From NCBI GenBank assembly GCA_016699145.1, contig CP064962.1, positions 900,001 through 932,000 of the forward strand: 32,000 nt of DNA, given 5' to 3'. The position numbers and the translations under genes were made by a program. The stretch's first letter is position 1, and every line of letters begins with the position of its first letter. The notes beneath the pieces are model-generated. The model was not told the DNA's origin. It did not search any database and saw nothing but the letters and a program-made list of their open reading frames with translations. This DNA comes from Candidatus Saccharimonadota bacterium (GTDB taxonomy: Bacteria; Patescibacteriota; Gracilibacteria; UBA1369; 2-02-FULL-48-14). Below are positions 8,127 to 16,100 of this stretch, piece by piece.

Positions 8127-8156
8127 GGATAGGGGTAGGAACTCTTACCCCTATCC
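8127..8156 (+). terminator. perfect 11-bp stem hairpin after the module-1 operon (terminator-like, weak U-tract)
   Basis: GGATAGGGGTA, 8-nt loop ggaactct, TACCCCTATCC. It is followed by GCTATTTCG, so there is no strong T-run. The arms resemble CsoR-box half sites. Confidence 0.45.
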
Positions 8157-8175
8157 GCTATTTCGCAGTTAAAAC

Positions 8176-8943
8176 ATGAGAGGTTTACTTATAACATTTC
8201 TCATCACCCTGGCATTTGTAGCAGCTTGTTCTACCGAACCACCAAGCCCTGTACAAGAAATAGATACGTTGGAAGAGCCGAAAGAGGAACTGGAAGTAGT
8301 CTTTCAAGAGACCCCAAAAGCAGATGAGGTAAAGGAAGCAGTCGTGGGTGAAAGTGAAGACAGAGCCGAACCTGTGAATTGCGATCACAATGTGGAATGC
8401 TTTATCAATGGAATAAAGCAAGATCAGCCCACCTACTATTGGGGCGAAGGATTATCGGAGCCCATGCCTGGGGTGAGTCATTGGACACCAGAAAACTGGA
8501 CTTACACGCCTCATGAAGATGCTTCCTACACCTTGCTTATCGTCTCCAACTACAACGCCGCTCCCCAATTTGCAGAGGGTTGGTTTGAGAGCTATGCAAG
8601 GAGCGAATCCGCACCAGACGAAATTCGGAGCCTAGTAGCTGAATTGGATGCAGCTCAGTATCCTACAGAAGAAGAGTTGGCTCAGATGGACGAAGAAGTG
8701 CGATCAGCCATTGAGGAACAAATAGAGAGTGGCAAAAGCGCTTCCGAAATAGCTTGGGAACAAGCCACCTATACACAGGAGTATTATCTAAGTTCAATGA
8801 TCCCCATGGGTTCCATGACTTACACTTGCAGCTCCACAAACAAAACTGCCCTCCTCGAGGCGCTCAACCGTTTAGGCGAATCTCCGGTCTTATCACCAGG
8901 AAACCTAAACTTTTTAGAATGCACAGGTGAGATGAATTTTTGA
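8176..8943 (+). CDS. acidic lipoprotein, unknown function
   Basis: Lipobox FVAAC. 255 aa and Glu/Asp-rich. No family recognised. Confidence 0.55.
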   Translation: MRGLLITFLITLAFVAACSTEPPSPVQEIDTLEEPKEELEVVFQETPKADEVKEAVVGESEDRAEPVNCDHNVECFINGIKQDQPTYYWGEGLSEPMPGVSHWTPENWTYTPHEDASYTLLIVSNYNAAPQFAEGWFESYARSESAPDEIRSLVAELDAAQYPTEEELAQMDEEVRSAIEEQIESGKSASEIAWEQATYTQEYYLSSMIPMGSMTYTCSSTNKTALLEALNRLGESPVLSPGNLNFLECTGEMNF

Positions 8944-8963
8944 GACTTCTTTGTCTTATACCT

Positions 8964-9950
8964 ATGAAACCACCCCGTGTCTTATTGATCCCTACCTTAC
9001 TCGTTTGCCTGTGGGCCCTTGTCCATTCCGTTGTCATCATTGTGGATGGCCTTGCTGATGAACTTGCTAAAGTGGATGTGATTGTTGTTTTAGGAAACCA
9101 AGTGAATGACGATGGCAGTCCGTCTGAACGATTAAAAAGCCGTCTAGATAGGGCTGCAGAATTGTATAATGAAGGTTATACCGAATGCATTCTGTTGAGT
9201 GGCGGGATTGATCCAAACAACGGGCGCATTGAGGCAGACGATATGGCCAGCTATCTGGAGTCTGTTGGAATACCCCGCACCGATATGATTTGGGACAATA
9301 AGGGATTGGATACTTTTGGGACTGCCATGAGCATGAAACAGTTTATGGAATGGTATGACTGGGACTCGGTTCTCGTTGTTTCCAATTATTACCACATTCC
9401 TCGAATAAAACTTGCGTTCAAACAGGCTGGAATTGAGAACGTTTATTCTGCTCATGCAAAAATGTTCCCTGAATTAAGAGATCTCTATTCGATTCCACGG
9501 GAGTTTGTAGCGTATTATTACTATCTGTTCCGATCTTACAAAGAGTCTAAACCTATTTATGAAACGGCTACTTTCAGCTTGGAATATCCCGCCGATTGGA
9601 CCTCTTTGACCGAGGGCAACAGGAGCTCTTTTGTTGGTTCTGAAGCTGATGGATCTCCGACTTTCGAGCATTTTACAGGTGATTCATTTGAGGCTCCTGT
9701 TTGGAAAAACTTGGAAACCGAGTTTTATATTAATGCCCAAGGTCTAACTTGGACTATCCACTATAACAAGTTGGACGACGAGTTTATTTCCAGTTTGGGG
9801 AGCGAATATCCAGATAGTTTTAGATTTGTCACTACTAATACTGAAGACGAATCATTAAGTGGGTTTTTCATTTATAGTTATGATGAAGAGCTTTATCCTG
9901 AAGCAGTTGACCAACTGAAAGGAATTCTAGATTCTTACATGAAAAAGTAG
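8964..9950 (+). CDS. DUF218 (YdcF/ElyC-like) protein with an extra C-terminal domain
   Basis: N-terminal TM. VDVIVVLGNQVNDDGSPSERLKSRLDRAAELYNEGYTECILLSGG is the DUF218 signature. The ATG at 8964 is preferred over the TTG at 8940. Confidence 0.7.
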   Translation: MKPPRVLLIPTLLVCLWALVHSVVIIVDGLADELAKVDVIVVLGNQVNDDGSPSERLKSRLDRAAELYNEGYTECILLSGGIDPNNGRIEADDMASYLESVGIPRTDMIWDNKGLDTFGTAMSMKQFMEWYDWDSVLVVSNYYHIPRIKLAFKQAGIENVYSAHAKMFPELRDLYSIPREFVAYYYYLFRSYKESKPIYETATFSLEYPADWTSLTEGNRSSFVGSEADGSPTFEHFTGDSFEAPVWKNLETEFYINAQGLTWTIHYNKLDDEFISSLGSEYPDSFRFVTTNTEDESLSGFFIYSYDEELYPEAVDQLKGILDSYMKK

Positions 9951-10109
9951 CGAGACTCACATCGTGAACACAGATTATTACGCTGCAGATCTACTTTTCA
10001 GAGCACACCATCCAGCTGATTCTCAGGAATGAGTTGAACTTTTCTAAGGTTCTTCGAGCCATTCAGGTCGGGCCTAGTACCCCAGCCTCAAGTCCTGTAG
10101 AATAGAGGC

Positions 10110-10316
10110 ATGTACAACTGGAATACCAACACAGTGGCTCTAAAGAAAGATCCAGAAAAATTCAAGATATGGAGTCTAGAACAGGCCATCAATTTTGGTT
10201 TAAATGGAGAGAAAATAAACAAGAAGGAACTAAAGAAATATTTCTCAAAACTTAAGCTAGATCCATCGCGAGCAAAATTCATTCAATTGCTAATCAATGG
10301 AAAAAATTCTCACTGA
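10110..10316 (+). CDS. small protein upstream of, and overlapping, the AbiEii-like gene (possible non-canonical antitoxin)
   Basis: 68 aa and Lys-rich. It overlaps the downstream toxin-like gene by 20 nt. No AbiEi wHTH recognised. Confidence 0.4.
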   Translation: MYNWNTNTVALKKDPEKFKIWSLEQAINFGLNGEKINKKELKKYFSKLKLDPSRAKFIQLLINGKNSH

Positions 10317-10953
10317 ACGACAGGTTGCTCTACTTGAAGAAATAGGTCGACAAGCTTTTTTATCAAAGAATTTTTATTTGAGCGGAGGCACAGCGCTGGC
10401 AGGTTTTTACCTCTTCCACCGCTATTCCGAAGACTTGGACTTTTTCTCAGAAAATGAGATCGATCCCCTGCAGATCAACATCTTTTTTAAAAGCATACAG
10501 AAGACGTTCAAAATCAAAAAAATCGATTACGAACAAAGCTACAATCGAAATCTATTCTTTCTCCATTTTGACGATGAAATTTTGAAGACGGAATTCACTT
10601 ACTATCCCTTCCCCAGGATTAAAGAAGGTCAGCAAAAATTCGGAATTTCCATCGACAGTCTTCTAGATATCGCCGTAAACAAATTGTTCACTATTTATCA
10701 ACGCTGCAAAGCCCGAGATTACATTGACCTCTATTGTATCTGTAAAAAAGAACAACTTTCAATAAGTGACTTGATTCAAACGGCAAAAATAAAATTCGAC
10801 TGGCACATCGATCCCATCCAACTTGGCACCCAATTCATCAAATCCACGCAGGCCGAAGATCACCCTCATATGATTCAGGAACTGGACGAAAAAAATTGGC
10901 AAAACTTTTTTATTGAAGAAGCGCAGAAATTTGGACCAGATATTTTGAAATAA
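10297..10953 (+). CDS. AbiEii/AbiGii-family nucleotidyltransferase (type IV toxin-like)
   Basis: LSGGTALAGFYLFHRYSEDLDFF matches the GGTAL...HR-S-DLDF motif of DUF1814/AbiEii. Confidence 0.7.
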   Translation: MEKILTERQVALLEEIGRQAFLSKNFYLSGGTALAGFYLFHRYSEDLDFFSENEIDPLQINIFFKSIQKTFKIKKIDYEQSYNRNLFFLHFDDEILKTEFTYYPFPRIKEGQQKFGISIDSLLDIAVNKLFTIYQRCKARDYIDLYCICKKEQLSISDLIQTAKIKFDWHIDPIQLGTQFIKSTQAEDHPHMIQELDEKNWQNFFIEEAQKFGPDILK

Positions 10954-10972
10954 AGTGGTATGCCACTCGGAT

Positions 10973-11386
10973 CTACGACCCTCGCCTACCTAGATTATAA
11001 GTGAGTGCCATCAAAATACAGTGCTCCAGTTCTTTCACGGGGATTTTCTCTGATTCATCAAAAACAATAGCCCTATTCCCCTGGTAGCGTAACTGCGGAT
11101 AAATCTCTCTAAATGTGGAAATAAGGCTCGTTTGGCAATGGAAATAAATAGCGTACTGATTTGTGCCTTTCATCTGATCAATTCGAATAATACTCCCACT
11201 TTTTGACTGACTTGTAAGATAGCTGGGCTGATTCCATCTTAAAGTTTCTTCCAGGTCTCCCACGCCCTTTGTTTTGGAAGCAATGTCAAAAATCAACTGA
11301 CGAAGAGTGAGTAGCGGGCTTCTTAAGTTTTTTGGATAAGCCTCGAAAATGGCAGCAACTTCTGGATTTTTAAAATGAAGAGACAT
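10973..11386 (-). CDS. DUF1801-domain protein
   Basis: IFEAYPKNLRSPLLTLRQLIFDIA...ETLRWNQPSY fits the pattern of DUF1801 (YdhG-like) proteins. Confidence 0.55.
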   Translation of the reverse strand: MSLHFKNPEVAAIFEAYPKNLRSPLLTLRQLIFDIASKTKGVGDLEETLRWNQPSYLTSQSKSGSIIRIDQMKGTNQYAIYFHCQTSLISTFREIYPQLRYQGNRAIVFDESEKIPVKELEHCILMALTYNLGRRGS

Positions 11387-11389
11387 CTT

Positions 11390-11686
11390 TTAATCCTTCG
11401 AAGGGAAAGCATTATGACCATAAGACTTTCTATCTTGTATGCGGCCATCTTTTCCGTGAATAACGAGTTCAGTTTTTTCATTTTGAGCAAGCTTCACAGC
11501 ATAGATTTTGGCCTCGACCTTATTGTCAAAGATCTTAGAAGCTCTGACGGCAAGTGCCCTCTTGACCACCCATTTTCCTTCATTAGGAGCCAAGTGGTAC
11601 ATTTTTTTACCTGCTTGAACGGCAGCCACATAAGATCTTATCTGGATATTCTCAGTTTTTTTTCTAATTAAAAGAATCTTTTTCAT
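11390..11686 (-). CDS. DUF2188-domain protein
   Basis: YHLAPNEGKWVVKRALAVRASKIFDNKVEAKIYAVKLAQNEKTELVIHGKDGRIQDRKSYG is the DUF2188 pattern. The true start may be the internal Met at 11602. Confidence 0.65.
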   Translation of the reverse strand: MKKILLIRKKTENIQIRSYVAAVQAGKKMYHLAPNEGKWVVKRALAVRASKIFDNKVEAKIYAVKLAQNEKTELVIHGKDGRIQDRKSYGHNAFPSKD

Positions 11687-11726
11687 AAATTAAACTTTTC
11701 TTGTGATATCAACGATTTCTTCTTCA

Positions 11727-11981
11727 CTATATTGAGAGTTCCTTAAAAAATTCAATCATCCCTTCAAAATCCTCCAAGTGAGCGGCTACAAACTCAGTTT
11801 TACCAGAAGCACTTCCGCCAGACATGAGTATGACTTCAACGTCAGAACTCCCTTTGAGTTTTTCAGAAAATTCCTGGTCAGCAATTTTTGAAGATTCCAA
11901 GTGAAATGATTCCACTTTGACCGGATCGTAGCCACTCAAATTCTTTTTTGCATTATCTGGAGATATGATTATTGGTACCAT
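11727..11981 (-). pseudogene. short ORF carrying only a Walker A motif (probable fragment of a P-loop kinase/zeta-toxin-like gene)
   Basis: 84 aa. ILMSGGSASGKTEF (GxxxxGKT) is followed by only about 25 residues before the stop, too short for a P-loop NTPase fold. Confidence 0.3.
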
Positions 11982-12054
11982 AATATAGAAAATACACTCA
12001 TTTAAAACCCACGTCCTGAAAAAAAGCTGAATCTTTTCATGTTACTTCAAACAG

Positions 12055-14349
12055 TTAATCCACCAAGTCCAAAATCCAAATGGCACCGTGATCATTTCCA
12101 AGATCACCATCGGAACGTGCCCCCACCACGATGGAATTCGTTTCAGGACCGGCAGCAATGGACAAGCCAAATTCATCGTATGGCCATCTGTAGACCTCTG
12201 ATAAATCCAATTTTTGATAACTTTTCAAAGTGCCGTCGCGATCCATGAAGTAAATCCACAAACCACGGACTGCTTCGGTGCTGCCATTGCTCGTCCCCAA
12301 AACCAAATCGTTGTTACCATCTCCATTCAGATCACCCATATTTGCAATGGAATCACCGAAGTGATCACTGGAAGGTGCTACAAAACTTCTATTCTCGTTA
12401 TTGATCAAAGAATAAGAACGCACCGTCCCATTTGAATTCATGAATAAGATCCACGTGGTTCCTCCCGTAAAGCCTAGGGCATTAGCACTGGAAGTGACGG
12501 CAATATCAAGTACTCCATCCCGATTCAAATCACCGGCCGAGCTAATCGCATTACCAAAGTGATCCTCTTCATCCAGGGGGCCATCAAAACCACCTTGATT
12601 GTCGCCAACCTTTTGACTGCTTTTAACCGTTCCATCTTGATTCATGAACAAAATCCAAAAAGCCCCGATGTTGGACTGCCCCGTAGCTTTGTCTCGCACA
12701 CTCACGGCTATGTCTATGACTCCATCTCCGTTGAGGTCTCCAATGTTCGCAAGCGCTTCACCAAAGTAGTCCCCCAAAGCCAGTACATTCCCTAAGCCGC
12801 CATACGTATTGCTGATTTTCTGCTGATCTTTCACCGTACCGTCTTCGTTCAAGAAGAGAATCCAAATCGCTCCCGCACCAGACGCACCATCGTTGTCCAC
12901 CTGCACACCCACTGCTAGATCTTCTACCCCATCTCCATTCAAGTCCCCCAAGCCAGCTAAAGAAACACCAAAACTAGCATAATTCCCAATGCGTGGAACA
13001 AACCCTCCTTCGGTGTCGCTGATTTTCTGCTGATCTTTCACCGTTCTATCCGAATTCATAAAAAGAATCCACACCCCTCCCCGTGATTCTCCACCGTCAT
13101 CCCCTCGCTCACCCACGGCAAGATCCTCTACTCCGTCGTTATCCAAATCGCCGATCGTTGTCACCGATTGGCCAAGATGACTACGCTCTCCCAATTCTCC
13201 GTCAAAACCACCGATAAGGTCATTGATTTTTTGCTGTTCGCCAAGCTCAAAAGTCGCTTCAAGCGCACTCACTTCCAAGTTGAGGTTCTCATCCAAGGTA
13301 ATGTGGTAGCCTGTGGGCCAGAAATCAGGAGGATCTTTGAGGATGCAATGAAGATCAAACTGGATCACTTCCACGCTTTCTATGGAACGGACACTGCCTT
13401 CGTTGCCGCTGCACTGCTCCAAGTTCTTCACATCCATGAATTCCATCTCTTCATCAAACAAATACAACTGAAGTTCGCCATCCACAGCAGCAGCAAAAAG
13501 GAAGTAAGTACTAGCGACGCAATGGTAGGCATACTCTACAGAGAGCCCACTTTCTGAAATGTATTCTTGAAACTGCTGAAAAGCTTCCATGTCTTGAGCG
13601 GCACTCGTAGAAGCATAACAGCGTTGACTAGGGATTTTGAAGGTTTCTGAACGATATTCATCCCTCAAATAAGGGTCAAACTCATCCCATTCATTCTCAG
13701 TGACCAAAAACGCTCGGTAAATCATTTCTGCGGCAGAGCCACGATTCATGTCCATTGCGGGATGAAAGAAGAAAGAATCTTCATCCAATAAATTCAGATT
13801 ATCCAGCAAGCTTAAATGCGGTGCGTACCAAGCCTTAGGGTCAGCATCCGCCCAATTACCAAAGGAATGTTCCAAAGAGTAATAATCGTAGCTGTCTAAA
13901 TACTCCGTCCATGCTGTCTCTTCAAACAAAGCGTTTTCAATGATCTTAGCTGCCTCCACTTTATTGACCTCGTTACCAGGCCGATAATAGCCATCGGGAT
14001 AACCCTCAATCCACCCCTGCTCTTTTCCATAGCAAACGTAGGGTGCAAACCACTCTTCTTTCACATCTGGGAAACAATTCAAATATTCAGACGAGTCAAA
14101 TTCAAGATCCAATGTTTCCACAATGATTTTTACAAGTTCCGCACGGTTGACGCTGGAATCGGGTCGGAAGGTGCCATCTGAATATCCTTCTATAACATCG
14201 TAATAGCCCAAATGCTCAATCGCTTCGTGATTCTCGTGGTTTGAGTCGACATCTGAAAAAGAGACCCATGCAGCGTCGACATGGTTTGACATTAACCAAA
14301 GGCTGAGCCCTAAACCCAAAACAAAGGTAAAACTTTTCTTAATACACAT
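12055..14349 (-). CDS. secreted SLH-domain + FG-GAP repeat (integrin-alpha-like propeller) surface protein
   Basis: Signal peptide from the ATG at 14349. SLH-like repeats (FSDVD...AIEHLGYYDVIEGYSDGTFRPDSSVNRAELVKII; CFPDV...GYPDGYYRPGNEVNKVEAAKII). Seven C-terminal repeats of the form GDLNGDGVxDLAV...WILFMNxDGTVK. Confidence 0.8.
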   Translation of the reverse strand: MCIKKSFTFVLGLGLSLWLMSNHVDAAWVSFSDVDSNHENHEAIEHLGYYDVIEGYSDGTFRPDSSVNRAELVKIIVETLDLEFDSSEYLNCFPDVKEEWFAPYVCYGKEQGWIEGYPDGYYRPGNEVNKVEAAKIIENALFEETAWTEYLDSYDYYSLEHSFGNWADADPKAWYAPHLSLLDNLNLLDEDSFFFHPAMDMNRGSAAEMIYRAFLVTENEWDEFDPYLRDEYRSETFKIPSQRCYASTSAAQDMEAFQQFQEYISESGLSVEYAYHCVASTYFLFAAAVDGELQLYLFDEEMEFMDVKNLEQCSGNEGSVRSIESVEVIQFDLHCILKDPPDFWPTGYHITLDENLNLEVSALEATFELGEQQKINDLIGGFDGELGERSHLGQSVTTIGDLDNDGVEDLAVGERGDDGGESRGGVWILFMNSDRTVKDQQKISDTEGGFVPRIGNYASFGVSLAGLGDLNGDGVEDLAVGVQVDNDGASGAGAIWILFLNEDGTVKDQQKISNTYGGLGNVLALGDYFGEALANIGDLNGDGVIDIAVSVRDKATGQSNIGAFWILFMNQDGTVKSSQKVGDNQGGFDGPLDEEDHFGNAISSAGDLNRDGVLDIAVTSSANALGFTGGTTWILFMNSNGTVRSYSLINNENRSFVAPSSDHFGDSIANMGDLNGDGNNDLVLGTSNGSTEAVRGLWIYFMDRDGTLKSYQKLDLSEVYRWPYDEFGLSIAAGPETNSIVVGARSDGDLGNDHGAIWILDLVD

Positions 14350-14463
14350 TGGGTCGAAGTAAAAAACTAAACAGGCCCAATATAACACAGCCAAAGATTC
14401 AGAGGTATCTCACTCTTAGCAATCACTATTCCTCTATCTCTTCCAATCCATTACTGGATTACT

Positions 14464-14609
14464 CGGTCATCGTTTTCAATTTTTAACCTGATGGCGGGCC
14501 ATTCGGGTCTACTACCCTTTAAGTGGTCTCATTTTAGTGTTTCTTGCCGTGAGACACAATTGTCGTGTTTCAGGCTAAATGAGACATTTGAGACAGTATA
14601 AAAAGGGGC
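14464..14609 (+). repeat. 146-bp direct repeat, copy R1 (left boundary of the cassette)
   Basis: Aligns without gaps to 17633-17778, with 11 mismatches by my count (about 92%). The first 57 bp are identical. It contains three GAGACA boxes. Confidence 0.9.
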
Positions 14610-14628
14610 AGATTAAATCACCTCCACT

Positions 14629-14964
14629 CTAGTTTCCTGGAGTTCGATGTGAGAACCGGACCGGGTTTGGTTTTTGCATTCTTGGACCACGTATATTCAG
14701 CTCTAAACTTTCTCCTGCTGCTAATGTTTGAACAATATCGAAGTGAGTTGAGAGTACTTCTCTCGTCACCCCTTCTACGATATCTACTCCCGCTCGGGAT
14801 CTAAATACAGTTGAATCTCTATCATTTCGGTTGCATTCAAAAATATAGATTTCACGAGTGCCATCATCTTTAATATTGGACATCGAACCTGGACGTACAC
14901 CTGGCTCTAGTACTCCAATCTCTCTCCAGTTTCCTCCCGCAGAAATTTCAACGTGTAAGGGCAT
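14629..14964 (-). CDS. hypothetical protein A of the cassette (111 aa from the ATG)
   Basis: Clean ORF with apparently beta-rich composition. No motif recognised. The ATG at 14964 is preferred over the TTG at 14985. Confidence 0.5.
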   Translation of the reverse strand: MPLHVEISAGGNWREIGVLEPGVRPGSMSNIKDDGTREIYIFECNRNDRDSTVFRSRAGVDIVEGVTREVLSTHFDIVQTLAAGESLELNIRGPRMQKPNPVRFSHRTPGN

Positions 14965-15006
14965 AACAAATGGTTTAGATGGCAATCGTACCCCAATTTA
15001 AATAAA

Positions 15007-15049
15007 TGTCAACTTATTGATTGACAATATAGAGATTATATTGTAGCAT
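15007..15049 (+). promoter_or_regulatory. divergent control region of cassette genes A and B
   Basis: Inverted repeat TGTCAA (15007-15012), 8-nt spacer, TTGACA (15021-15026). The TTGACA also serves as a candidate -35, 17 nt upstream of TAGCAT (15044-15049). Confidence 0.35.
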
Positions 15050-15069
15050 TCATACTATTAATCTGTTCT

Positions 15070-16077
15070 ATGCCTACACCTGCTACCGCACTACAACCCT
15101 TTGAAGCACCTGAATACGAGCAAATCAAATCCCCTTTTCAAAAAGCAGTTGAAGAATGGTTTGCAAGAATGGGAGCTAGTTGGAAACATTTAATCATTGA
15201 CCCTAATAATCCTGGCCTTCAAGGGAGAATGGCTTTCGACCCGCAAGCAATAGAACAGTTTTTACAGGATCAATTTCACGAATTTTGGAAGTCCCTTTCA
15301 GAACAGCAGAAACAAATCTTTGGCCGTAACAATGATAGAATGGGGTGGAGGCTTTTCTTCATTGAAACAGCCACTACTATGTTCAATATCACACTCATGC
15401 ATGGTATCGAGAGAGGAGTGATTGCTCATCCAGATGGAAAAATCACTGGAACAGAAAGAGCGGGAATGCCAGGTTCTCTTGAAAACGACACTGCTCGAGC
15501 TAGGGGGTCTATGATGTTCGCCTTGGGAAATGCTCTTGCCGAACGTTTGAAGAATTCTTCTTCAGGTGATGCAGAAGAAGATAAACAATTCATGGATGCC
15601 CTAATGGACTATCTTGGTTTGGATATAGACCGTGCGAATGCTTTGATGTCTAGAGTCTTGGATCACCATGGAATCCCAAATATTCACAAGGCTCAACACC
15701 ATTATGGTGCTCTTCTCAAGACCGCTCTTCTTCAGTGTCATGGAAGTATGCATCCTTACTGGCGAACAACTCCCGAGGAAGTCATCCCTGATCAAATGCA
15801 AAAATATAGGTGGCCAGCAGCTTATTGCCAGTTGCCACTTTTAGATGTGGTACTGGGAGATTCTCTTTGGTTTTATGATCCAGTAAACATCAGAGCATTT
15901 CACGACGATTTAAAGGCTCGTCACCCAGAAACCGAGGAAGACCCTTTTGGACCCAACATTGAAGCTCGTTGCCAGCAAGGACAAAGAATCATTGACGCAC
16001 TGCAAGCTTTCCGAGCACGACTTCTCGGTGGCGCTCCCCAGATTGCTGGAGGTGCACAACGTTTGTTGGTCGATTAA
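15070..16077 (+). CDS. hypothetical protein B of the cassette (335 aa, apparently helical)
   Basis: Long clean ORF. No signal peptide, TM helix or catalytic motif recognised. Confidence 0.6.
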   Translation: MPTPATALQPFEAPEYEQIKSPFQKAVEEWFARMGASWKHLIIDPNNPGLQGRMAFDPQAIEQFLQDQFHEFWKSLSEQQKQIFGRNNDRMGWRLFFIETATTMFNITLMHGIERGVIAHPDGKITGTERAGMPGSLENDTARARGSMMFALGNALAERLKNSSSGDAEEDKQFMDALMDYLGLDIDRANALMSRVLDHHGIPNIHKAQHHYGALLKTALLQCHGSMHPYWRTTPEEVIPDQMQKYRWPAAYCQLPLLDVVLGDSLWFYDPVNIRAFHDDLKARHPETEEDPFGPNIEARCQQGQRIIDALQAFRARLLGGAPQIAGGAQRLLVD

Positions 16078-16100
16078 CAGTATTTCATAAAAACGAGCTT

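Noticed and set aside
12214-13557. Plus-strand ORFs of 73-129 aa inside the SLH/FG-GAP gene.
   Set aside because: These are antisense to a 764-aa ORF with clear repeat architecture. They are shadow ORFs generated by the periodic repeat sequence.
14588-14606. TTGAGACAGTATAAAAAGG as a standard sigma70 promoter or a TATA-box-like element.
   Set aside because: TTGAGA and TATAAA are only 3 nt apart, which is incompatible with -35/-10 spacing. No gene lies downstream on the plus strand of R1 or R2. I kept it as a recurrent motif of unknown role instead.
14464-14609. The R repeat as a duplicated tRNA/tmRNA 3' end marking an integrase-mediated attL/attR pair.
   Set aside because: I could not find a cloverleaf or a T-loop motif (GGTTCGAATCC-like). 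There is no integrase gene in or near the cassette. At 146 bp and about 92% identity, the repeats are not a short, exact att core.
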